Both the position numbers and the translations under genes were made by a program. Positions 20,691 through 32,908 of a stretch of 64,000 bases of DNA are shown in pieces (within the stretch, counting starts at the first letter, position 1; every line of letters starts with the position of its first letter). Below the pieces are notes generated by a model. That model was not told the DNA's origin. It ran no database searches and was given only the letters and a program-made list of their open reading frames with translations. Origin of the DNA: Piromyces finnis finn (Eukaryota > Fungi > Neocallimastigomycota). The DNA is taken from NCBI GenBank assembly GCA_002104945.1, contig MCFH01000011.1, positions 558,001-622,000 of the forward strand, written 5' to 3'.

Positions 20691-22701
20691 AGAAAGAAAA
20701 GGAGAAAACAGAGAAAAGAAAAGAAAAAATATTAAACAATTTTAGTATATGAGTTAAAGTTGTTATTTAATATTTATTTTTTTTTTTTCTTTTTTCTTTT
20801 TTTTGTCATTTTCATTATTATAATAATATTATTATAATAAGCCTTTTTTTTTTTTTTTTTTAATTTATTTTTTTTTTATCATGCTGTATTTTTTTTTTTT
20901 TTATATATATACATATACATATAATTTAAATAAAAAAAAATTTAAAAAGAAAAAAAAGTTCCAAAATTTTCATTATATTTTTAATTCCATATTTTAAGTA
21001 TTATGTATTTTTCATAATGATTTTCTTTGATTACAAAGTATCTAATAATAATAATAAATAAATAATGATTTAAAAAAAAAAAATGTATTAATATACAAAA
21101 TCAATATAAATAATGTTATTAAAAAAAAAAAAAAAAGTAATAATAATAATATCAATAATAATAATTAAATTTCTAGATAATATTTATTTGAAGTCCAACT
21201 CTATACAATAAAAAAAATAGAAACACTTTTTTTTTTTTCCATTTGACTAGTGTCATAGCACTAAATCTTTATAATTATAAAACTAAAAAATTTTAAACCT
21301 AAACCTAGATTTATATAAATGTATATAAATTGCAATTGTTTAATCCATACTATGATACTATGACAAAAAAAAAAAAAAAGAGAGAAAGAAAGAGAAAGAG
21401 AAAAAGAGTTTTAAAAGCAAATAATGCTTTTATTTAATAAACCTATTAAATGAAAAATAATGCAAACATGCTATTTTCAAAAATAGTCGTCTGCATTGTC
21501 ACAAATTTAAAGCCAATGAATTTCTTCAGTATTTCAATATAAGTGATAAGTATTTATTAAAGATTATATTGAAAAAAAAACAGAAATAATAATAATGATA
21601 ATGATCTTTTAAAATAATTTCTAAATAGTAAAAGATTAAAATAATGCTATAAAAATAATAAGATAAAACATTATTATATTTTTAAAAAAGTAAAAAAACA
21701 AGTAAATGAGAAAAAAAAAAAAAAAACATTTTTATTCAAATTATGAAAATTTAATTAAAAGAAAATTTAGCCTCCTGATTGAATGTTAATCTATCTTTAC
21801 ATTTTACACTGTAGTAGCTGTAATAATTTCACCATTAATTTTTCAGAATGGTTTAATTAATAATGAATGGTATAAAAAGTGAACATTAATTATTAATTTA
21901 ATATTGCCTTTGTATAATATATACTTTATTTATTCATAAAAAATCTATATTTTTAACATTTTTTCTTTTCCTACGAATACAAGATAACATTAAGAATTAC
22001 TATTCTTACACCGTCTTAAAAAAGATAAAGGATAATTTTCCGTATATATTCTATTAATCGACACAATATATAATATTATAATAATAATATACCCATTATA
22101 ATATATTATATTACACTTTTCTTTGTTTGATCATAGTGTAACAGTATATATGATTAACGTTGTATTATTATATATTATAATATAATGTAATATATTATTA
22201 AACATATTAATTAACTCCACAATAATGTACATTAAAAAATTAATTAATTTATTTAGAATCAAGTATTAAAAGTTCAACGTTTAATAAAAGCTGGCATTAC
22301 TATCAAAAAAGTATAAAAAGGACGGTTTCTCACCTATTAAAAAATATATATATCATAATATTGTTTAATTTATCAAATAAAATTATAAAAATGTAAGTAA
22401 AAAAAAAAAATTAAAGATTTAGGAATTTTTAGTATAAAGAATTTAATGTAATAAAATATATTTATAATATTTTAATTACAATTTTTAAAATTTAAAAACT
22501 AAAGAATAAGTAATAATGTATTTTCAGTATAATAAAATAAAAATTATCAGTTATATATATATATATATATAAAATTTTCAAGCAATAATTATTTTATAAT
22601 AATAAATCAAATATACTTTAAAATAAATTACACAATTATTGAATAAATACTAACAGTAGTTATTATAATAAATAATATATATAGATAATATTGAAATAAA
22701 G

Positions 22702-22845
22702 ATGGAAAACGATCAAAAGAAGAGAAAATTAAACAAGTAAATATATAGAAATAAAGCAATAAATATATAGAATTTCTTAAAAAAAAATAAATAATAAAAT
22801 AGAATAGAAATTTAAATTAAAAAAAGAGGGAAAGAGACATGAATG

Positions 22846-22890
<45 letters not shown>

Positions 22891-23477
22891 TAATTATAGT
22901 AAATTCTAACTAATTTATTAAATTACATTATTATAGCGAAATGTCTCTTAAGGGTACTCAAACTGAAAAGAATTTATTAAAGGCTTTCGCTGGTGAATCT
23001 CAAGCAAGAAACAAGTACACTTACTATGCTTCTAAGGCTAGAAAGGAAGGATACAACCAAATTGCTGATATTTTCGAAGAAACTGCTAACAATGAAAAGG
23101 AACACGCTAAATTATGGTTCAAATTATTAAACGATGGTATGCCAGATACCAAGACTAACTTAGAAGATGCTGCCAATGGTGAAAATGAAGAATGGACTAG
23201 CATGTACAAGGAATTCGCTGAAACTGCTGAAGCTGAAGGTCTTTCTCATATTGCTTTCCTTTTCAAAAAGGTTGCTGATATTGAAAAGTCTCATGAAGAA
23301 CGTTACCGTAAACTTCTTCAAAACTTAAATACTAATGCTGTATACATTAAGAGTGAAAAGGTTATTTGGGAATGTACTAACTGTGGTCACATTCACATTG
23401 GTGAAAGTGCTCCAGAACGTTGCCCAGTTTGTGACCATCCACAAAAGTACTTCAGAATCCGTGCTGAAAACTACTAA
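22702..23477 (+). CDS. rbr: Rubrerythrin (ferritin-like diiron domain plus rubredoxin domain), bacterial type; core ORF 22941-23477, with predicted 35-nt upstream exon 22702-22736 spliced to 22937
   Basis: [37 protein letters not shown] diiron ligands; C-terminal WECTNCG...CPVCDHP. The confidence given is for the rubrerythrin identity; the upstream exon is about 0.6 (see findings). Confidence 0.95.
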
Positions 23478-25319
23478 ATATAATAATTATTTATAAATTT
23501 AATATAAAATATAAATATATAAAATAACTATCATTATATATTAGTTTTATATTATTATATCAATTTTTCTGTAATATAAAGTACTACATTTCATTTTTAT
23601 AATATATAAAAAAAAAAATAATAAAAATAAAAGAAAAAAAAGTATAAATTTATATATAATATATATATTATATATTATATATAGCAAAATAGCAAATTAA
23701 ATAAAATAAAAATAAATTTATTCTATTAAAAAATTGAATTTTAAAAGCTTTTGTTTTTATTGTTTTAAGTAATTTTTAAAAAGTGGATTTTAAGAGGTAA
23801 TCTAATTTAGGTTTTAAGTTTTTTAATGAATTTATTTTTCAACAATTATAGCAATTTTATCAATTAGAGAAAATAAAAAATAAAATACAATTCAATGGCA
23901 TTACAATTAATAATAAGTTATAATTTTATTTTTTGTAAATTTTTTCATAATACAATAATATTTTTTACTTGTTTTTTCTATTTCTTTTTATCTACAGTTT
24001 ATTTTTTTATATGCATTTATAAAATAATCTATATCAAGTTCTATTTTCATTTTCTATTATGAAAAATTTTTATAATTTTTATGTGGTTGTTTCAATTGTT
24101 TCACCTTTCATTTTTTCCTTTCAATTTTCCAATATAAAATTTAATTATTAAAATTTTTTAATTTTTTCAAACGTTATTTATGAATATAATCTCTAAATTG
24201 TAATAATAATTTAGGTAAAAATGAGTCAATATTAATATTTACCATACCAAATATTAATATCTTTTTTTTTTTTCCATTTATTTATTATTTTAATCCAAAA
24301 AAATTCCAAAGTTTTATTGTAGGCATTATTTAATCATCCATAAACAGCATTTATAGAAATTAAAAAATAATACATTTGTCCCTTTTATTTCAAGAATTTA
24401 AATGTAAATGAATTAATGGTAAATTAGAAGCTTGAGAAGAAAATAATCAAGAAAAGTAAATCAATAATATAAATCAGAAATATTAGACCAAATTTTTTAC
24501 TTTTTAAATAAATAGCTTATTTATAAATAATATTTAACACTTTAAAAATATTGTAATAGGGTTAGATTAGTCTAAATCTTGAAATTTAAAGAAATATAAT
24601 GTTACCTATTATTTTACATTTTTAACTTTTACTATTCTTACATTGTTATAATTTATTTTATGTCAAATTTACATTAATTTTTTTGTGACTTTTTTTTTTT
24701 TTTTCTTATTATTCCTTTTTAAATAAAAGAAAAAATGTACTTTTTGTGTAACTTTTTTTAAATAAGTTACACAATAAATTTTCTTTTTTTTTTTTTAACA
24801 AAAACTTTAAGGTTTATTTTATTCCTTATTTGTTAAAAAAGAAAAATAATAAAAAATATTTAAAATAAAAATTTGTTAATAAAAAATGCTTACTTTTTAT
24901 TTTCTTTTCTTATCTAATCCCATTCCATGATAAAATTAAAAGTTGAAAAATGGTAAAAAAAAATGCATAATTATATAAAGATTGTAGTAGAACGTACTGG
25001 AACTTCATAAATAAAAATAATAATAATTTATCTTGAAAATTGTTAAATATTAGTCATTAGGCATTTCAAATAAAAAAAATATATATATCACTTTATACTT
25101 TCTTTATTTTAAAAGATTATACCTTAACAAATTCTTTAAAAATAAATAATAATAATTTTCAATTTTCAAAAAAAAAATATATATATATATAAAATAAATA
25201 TATAATACTTTAGTTAAATTAACATTTCTTATAAAACATATTATTCAATTACTAAATTATATATAGTTTATTATATAAAGTTTTTGTTTCAGTATTTATA
25301 ATCTAATAAGATAAATTAT

Positions 25320-25352
25320 ATTATCATTATTATTCTAATTATTATTATTCTA

Positions 25353-25400
<48 letters not shown>

Positions 25401-25419
25401 GTTGTTGTTGTTGTTGTTG

Positions 25420-25463
<44 letters not shown>

Positions 25464-25485
25464 GTTGTTGTTGTTGTTGTTGTTG

Positions 25486-25562
<77 letters not shown>
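25320..25562. repeat. Compound (ATT)n/(GTT)n microsatellite
   Basis: Directly visible ATT tracts with two GTT blocks; produces the spurious poly-L ORF. Confidence 0.95.
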
Positions 25563-25563
<1 letters not shown>

Positions 25564-26507
25564 TTTTATGTTTTTTTTTTTTTTATCACATATTTTACTT
25601 TTAAATAATTTATTTTTAAAATGAATTTTTAATTTTTTTAAAAAAAAAACTTTGCCACCAATTATGGATAAATTTTAAATATAATTATACATTATTACTA
25701 TAATAGAATAGTAATTAAATATATATATATTCAAAATATCATTTTTTTTTTACTTCATAATAACATAAATAAAAATAGAATAGATTTTTTTTTCTTTTTA
25801 CATTATAATAAAGTCTTTTCTCTTAAAAAAATAATTATTACTAATTTAAAACTTTATGAAAATTTTAGTTATTAAATTTTTATTTATTATATTTATTATA
25901 TGGAATGAATGTTTATTATCAAAATAATATTACATGAATTATTCAATTATTCTTTTTTCATTCATTAGTATTTAAAATCTATTTAAAACATTAATTTTAT
26001 GAAATAAATATATCACTTTTATTATAAGAGATTTATGTATGAAAAAGTATACTACGTGTTTTTACTTTGAAACTAATTAAAAATTAAGAATAATTCTTTG
26101 TAAAATATTATCTATATTATCATTATTATTATTATAACAAAAGTTAAAAAGATAATTTAAGGTATTCAACATTATTTTTTTTTTATAAAATAGAAGAAAC
26201 TATAATATGCAAACTATATGAAAAAGTATTAAGTAAAATATATAAAAATACATACAATAATATACATAAATAACAAAAGACTTCCAATATTTTATTTAAA
26301 CATAGTTTATATAATTCATGAATCAATAGCCTAACCATTATATTTAATAAAAGGATTAGATTAATATTGCTAATAAAAATTACTCAAAAATTTTTATTAA
26401 ATATTAAATATATATTAACACAGAACAAATTAAAAATAAGGCTTTTTATAATTTATAATTATTTTTTTAAAATATTATATCCTTAAAAATATAAGAACGT
26501 ATAATTT

Positions 26508-26524
26508 ACTATTACTACTACTAT

Positions 26525-26568
<44 letters not shown>
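26508..26568. repeat. (ACT)n microsatellite
   Basis: Directly visible tandem ACT units. Confidence 0.9.
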
Positions 26569-27256
26569 TTTTTATTATTATTTAATTATTTTTTGTTATA
26601 ATTTTATAATATATTTTTAATAAATCAGATATTTTTATATAATTCCTATTGTTTTTTTTTAACTCTAATTGTTTGTTTTTTAATGTAGTATTTTTTGTAG
26701 AAATTTTATTTAATATATTGGAAAAATACATTTGCAATATAAAATTGATATAATAAAGGATATTGTATTACTTTTATTAGTTTAAATTTAAATCTATTAT
26801 TGATTTTAATTGCTAATAAATTCCTTTTTTTTTCTAATTTACTTAATATATTATAATATATTGAAAAATAAATAGGATCTATATATCATAATAGCAATTG
26901 GTTTAACTAAATTTAAATGGAAAAAGCTATTTCTAATCACCGATATGATTGGTTAAAAAACTTTTTTTTTTTAAGTTTTTTTTTTTTTAAATTTTAAAAA
27001 ATAATAATATAAATGAAATAAAAAGCAAAAAAAAAAAAAAAAAAATCTTTTTTAAATTACATTTATATGTCATATTTAATTATTTAAAAAAAAGAAATTT
27101 TTTATTATAAAGTATTGAGTAATTGAATTTGAATTATTCAGTAATTTCTTTTTTAAATCATATTTATTTAATAATTTATTTATTCGTAGAGCACTATTTA
27201 TTATTTATTTATTTCAATTTAAACAATTTTTAAAATATAAAATAAAGTAAAACAAA

Positions 27257-29207
27257 ATGAAGTATATTCTTGTTACTGGTGGTGTTATTTCTGGTATTGG
27301 TAAGGGTGTTATTGCCTCTTCTACCGGTTTTCTTATGAAAACTTTAGGTTTAAAAGTTACTTCTATTAAGATTGATCCATATTTAAATATTGATGCCGGT
27401 ACTTTAAGTCCACTTGATCATGGTAAATATTATTACTAAATAAATGAATTTTGTTAAATGTTAAAAAAAAAAAAAAAATAGAGTATGATATTGCTAAATA
27501 AAAAAGAGAATAATGTATATTCTTAAAGAAAAATATGGAATTAATAAAAATATAATTTTATAATTGGAATAAATAGGTGAAGTTTTTGTTTTAGATGATG
27601 GTGGTGAAGTTGATTTAGATCTTGGTAATTATGAAAGATTCTTAGATATCAGATTAAGTAGAGATAACAACATTACTACTGGTAAGATCTACAGAGAAGT
27701 TATTGAACGTGAAAGACGTGGTGATTACTTAGGTAAAACTGTTCAAGTTGTTCCACACATTACTAATGCTATTCAAAACTGGATTGAAAGAGTTGCTAAG
27801 AAGCCAGTTGATGATAGTAATGAAGAACCAGATATTTGTATTATTGAACTTGGTGGTACTGTTGGTGATATTGAATCTGCTCCATTCGTTGAAGCTATGC
27901 GTCAATTCCAATTCAGAGTTGGTTATGAAAACTTCTTTTTAATCCACGTTTCTCTTGTTCCAGTTGTTGGTTCTGTCGGTGAACAAAAGACTAAGCCAAC
28001 CCAAAGTAGTGTTAGAGACTTAAGAGGTTTAGGTCTTTCACCAGATATGATTGCTTGCAGAAGTTCTAAGCCATTAGATGCTGAAATTAAGAGCAAGATT
28101 TCTATGTTCTGTCATGTTAAGCCAGAAAATGTTATTGGTGTTCATGATTGTAATTCCTTATACCATGTTCCATTATTACTTCACTCTCAAGGTGTTCTTG
28201 ACATCATTAGAGAAAAGTTAAACATTGCTCCAAATATTGATCCAACCCAAGGTACTCTTTTCAGAAAGTGGGTTGAACTTACTAAGAGACACGATCGTCT
28301 TCAAGATACTACTACCATTGTTTTAGTTGGTAAATATACCAATCTTCAAGATTCTTATATTTCTGTCTCAAAGGCTTTACACCATGCTGCTATGGCTTGT
28401 AACAGAAAGTTAATCATTAACTGGGTTGAAGCTACTGATTTAGAAGATGAAACTTGTGCTTCTGATCCAATTAAATACCATGAATCATGGAAGAAGCTTT
28501 GTACTGCTGATGGTATCCTTGTTCCAGGTGGTTTTGGTGAACGTGGTGTTGAAGGTAAAATTGCTGCTATTAAGAGAGCTAGAGAATTCAACATTCCATT
28601 CCTTGGTATTTGTTTAGGTCTTCAATTAGCTTCTATTGAATTTGCTAGAAATGTTTGTGGTATTACTAATGCTCACTCTGATGAATTAAAGACTGAAGAT
28701 ACTACCCCATTAGTTATTTTCATGCCAGAAGGTTCTAAGACTCAAATGGGTGGTACTATGCGTTTAGGTTCTAGAGTTACCAACTTTGTTAAGGGTGTTG
28801 ATTGTATCTCTAAGAAGCTTTACGGTAACCAAGATTCTATTAATGAAAGACACCGTCACAGATACGAAGTTAATCCAAAGTATGTTCCAGAATTAGAAAA
28901 GAACGGTCTTAAGTTTGTTGGTCGTGATGAAACTGGTGAACGTATGGAAATCTTAGAATTAGAAGGTCACCCATATTTTGTTGCTTCTCAATTCCACCCA
29001 GAATACAAGACTCGTCCATTAAACCCATCACCACTCTTCTTAGGTCTTATCTTAGCTGCTTCTGGTTTATTAGAAACTTATTTAGATTCCTTAGAATTAC
29101 CAGAAAGTAACAGAGGTAACTTAGGTAGATACCGTAGTTTCACTGAAATCTCTGAAATCTCAAGCTTTACTGATTTAACTCAAAATCAATCTACTCCAAG
29201 CAACTAA
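27257..29207 (+). CDS. URA7: CTP synthase, 2 exons: 27257-27422 and 27577-29207; about 598 aa
   Basis: [56 protein letters not shown] (nucleophile Cys), [13 protein letters not shown]. Confidence 0.98.
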
Positions 29208-30192
29208 ACTTGACAAAGATTAAAAAGCATTCCCCTTTTATATAAATACTATACAATCGATTATTTATTTATAATTAAATAAATAAAATGAAAGGAGAAA
29301 AAGGAAAACGCATCATAATAGAAAAACGTAAAACCCCATATTACCATAAGTTTTTTTATTACCAATATTACATTTTTATAAATCATTTTAATTTTGTTTA
29401 GAATTTTAAATTATCTATTTCAATTATAAATATTTTATTTTTTTTTTTAATTTACATCAATTAATTTAAATGAATAGAGGGGGAAAATAAGAAGAAATAA
29501 TCGAATTTTTTATTGTTTAAACCAAATTATATAGATTTTTTTAAGTATAGGAATCTATATAAAATTATTCATGTAGTAAAAATACATTAATAAATAAAAT
29601 TAAATATTAGAAATATATAAGTTATTTAATTTACATTAAAAAATAAAAAAGAAACATTCATATTTAATCATAAAAAAATAATAAAAATTAATAAAAAATA
29701 CGCGCATTCTTAACCAAAACTATCCAATTTTTTTTGTAAAAATTTTGTGTTTATAAGGGGACACTCTCACCTTCTCTCCTTTTAAATTTGTTATGAATAC
29801 TGGAGGAACAACCATTTTGTTATTTTTCATCTTTTTAAATCATATTTTGTGATGAAAAGAAGGAAAAATTCAAAAAATTCTAAAATTTATTTTTTTATTG
29901 TTTTGGTGCTAATCGTAGAAAAAATGTAAATATATATAATATTTCACTTTTGTTGAATTTATTTTTATACTATCTAAAGTTTTATTATAATTAAAAAAAA
30001 TATAATATATATATGGATGATTTTAAAGTGGTTTTACATCTATTTTAAAAAACAAAAAATTGAAAATTATTGTTTTGAATATTAATCATTTTATTTAAAA
30101 TAACATATTATATTTACTGAAATATATATATTATTTAATATTAGCTATTTATCTTGCTATTATTTTAATGTGTTGTTTACTAATTAATATTA

Positions 30193-30248
<56 letters not shown>

Positions 30249-30764
30249 ATTTTTTTTATTTGAAAAATTTATTTTATGAATCAGTCATAAAAACTATTTA
30301 GAATTGGTATCATTATTATAAATAGTTGAAAAACTTTTTATAAATATACTATTTCTAAAATATATATTTAACAGTTTAATAAAAAAATATAGAAATTTGT
30401 TATTATTCTTTATAGAAAAAAAATAAGTAAAAAAAAAAGGAGGCTTTTTTAACAACATTTATATATTATCTCTTTTATTGGAATATGTGCTATTTTTATT
30501 TTACATTTTTTTTTTCAAAAAAATAACAAGACACAAGTATAAATATAAGAAGAATTAAAAATTAAAATGGAATTTGTTAAAAGAAAGAAAAAAAAAAAAG
30601 TATAAAGAAATTATTAAAATAAATCTTTTAATTCAAATTATATTACCACAAATTAATGTTTTAAATATACAATCAAAAAATAATTGTCTTTTCTTTTTTT
30701 TTTTTTTTTTTTAACTTTTATATATATACAATAACTATATTTAAATTAAACTATAGGTATGTGT

Positions 30765-31724
30765 TTAATTAAACTTTTTTCTGTTAACTTTAACTGGTTT
30801 CTTTTCTGGTTTAACATTTCCCTTAGTATTTTGATCCTTAATTGGCTTTTTTGGTTCTGGCATAGCCTTCTTAACTGGCTTTTTGACAGTAGTTTTGCTC
30901 TTCTTGTCTTTTGTCTTGGTGGAAGAAAGAATACCTAAGGATAAGCAACAAATAATTAACTATAATAAAATATTAGGATTAATTACTATTACTATTATCA
31001 TTATTATTAATTTAGGAATATTAATATTTATCATTATATAGAAATTTACTAAGCATAAAATAAGTTCAAATAAAACAGGAATGTTTAAGAAATATAACAT
31101 GAATTTTCCATTTCTGTCAAAGTAATTCTTAGCAGCAATTCTAGTCCAATTGTTAGCTCCTAACATATTTAAGAAAGAACTAGAGAAACTCAAAATAGCT
31201 ATATAATTATTTTTATATTATTTTAATACATTTATAATATAAATTTATAAATTTTATATTTAATATATGAATCTATTTTTTATTATTATTATTTTAATTA
31301 TTATAATAATAACAATAAACAAATACTTACTTAAAAGAATTACATGGAAAATTTGTTTGATAAAGCTTTTTCTATCTTGAATAATTTCAACAATAATAAG
31401 AACATGGATCAAACATAACATCATAATAAATCTATCATTCCATAAAACCTATTATTGAAAATAAATAAGTATAATTGTGAATATATGACCATAAATAAAA
31501 TCATTCAATTATATATATAGTTATGATATTTATTAAATAGGGTTAAATGCACATACATTTCCAAAAACGTTATGTGCATCAGTACAGAATTTTTCTTTAA
31601 TGGCTAAAAGATTTTCTGTAGTGAAGAAAGTGGCCCAATTGATTTTTGTTAAGTTTTGTAATGCTATAACATATTTACTGAATTCACGTTTTAAAGAATA
31701 AATATAAATGTCTAATGTGGCCAT
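30765..31724 (-). CDS. TMEM18: TMEM18-family membrane protein with Lys-rich C-terminal tail, 4 exons
   Basis: Spliced product includes VLWNDRFIMMLCLIHVLII...LNMLGANNWTRIAAKNYFDRNGKFM...NIPVL, matching the TMEM18 pattern N.laA.NW..F....YFD..G.F...P. The last exon (30765-30959) is in phase 0 and basic. Confidence 0.75.
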
Positions 31725-32908
31725 TTTTTTTATTATATTATAGGATAAAAGATTTAAAATTGAATAATAATAAATGAATGTAAATAAATTTAAAATGGAT
31801 AATAATTTTAAAAATAAAAATATATAAAAAAGAAATAAAAAAAAAAAGAATTTTTTAAATTTTTAATTTAATATTGAAAATAAAAAGTTTAATTATAAAT
31901 TAATATATAAAAAAAATATGTATTAATGCCGTTTTATTAAAGCTAAAATAAATTAAAATTTTATAATTAATTTTTTTTTTATTGTAAAACAGGCATGATG
32001 ATGATCCTAATTTTAATATTAATTATTATTATATAGTTAATAATAATTAATAATAATAATAATAATACCAAAAAAAACAGGGTTGAATGTGCCAATAATC
32101 TTTAAACAATTGTAACATACATTAAAGACATTTGAAAAGGAATCTTTATTAAATTATTATTTGTTATATAAAAAATATATTATCATTTTATCTATTAAGT
32201 TGATACTTTTAAAATGAGTTAAAGTTTTATAAAAGATACAAAAAAACAACAACTTTATATAATCCATTTATCATATTTTTATTTCTTTTAATATGAAGAA
32301 ATAAGAAAATTATTGAAGTATTATTACTAATTACTATTAATAAAATAAACAATGTCAATTTCAATTAGAATAATAGATCGACCTTTGTTTATATAAATAA
32401 TATATTTTAATATTTTTTAAAGGCTCTAACTTCATAGCAAACTACAATATGGATATTCCTCTTTCATACTATTTTTATAAAAAAGACAATTTATTATATT
32501 TATTATAACAAAATCATAGTTATTTAATTCTTTTTATATGAAGTAAAAATTATTAAAAATTATTAGGATGAAATGAGAATAAAGCTTAATTAATGGGTTA
32601 GTTTTTATATAATATATAAAAATAATATATAAAATAATATAATTAAATAAATGAAAATAATTATTCCTTTTATAATATTTTTAATATAAATAGAATACAA
32701 ATTTTAATTATTATAATTTTTTTTTTGAGATGAAATTAAATATATTATAAATTAATTAATTTAGAAAATTCGTATAAAATTATCGATAGTTGGTAAACTC
32801 ATTAAAAAAAGCATTTTAATAAAATAATGGCAGAATAATTTTAAAATATTTTTTTTTATAAAATCTAAAAACTAATTTATTTACAACGAAAAAGGGAAGA
32901 ACAATAAT

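Noticed and set aside
21248-21366. Short imperfect inverted repeat TGTCATAG...CTATGACA (possible MITE)
   Set aside because: Only 8-11 bp, no TSD, single copy; expected by chance.
23024-23209. Short antisense or alternative-frame ORFs (also 7638-7865, 19861-20139, 27729-27942, 28355-28594, 37322-37579, 38604-38804, 40811-41011, 42742-42933, 43534-43881, 47951-48169, 49660-49878, 50185-50581, 59283-59507)
   Set aside because: They are shadows of real coding regions with no independent motifs.
24310-24420. Minus-strand NAVYG string resembling family-B DNA polymerase motif B (possible viral relic)
   Set aside because: The conserved Lys is missing, a stop follows immediately, and there are no other polB motifs.
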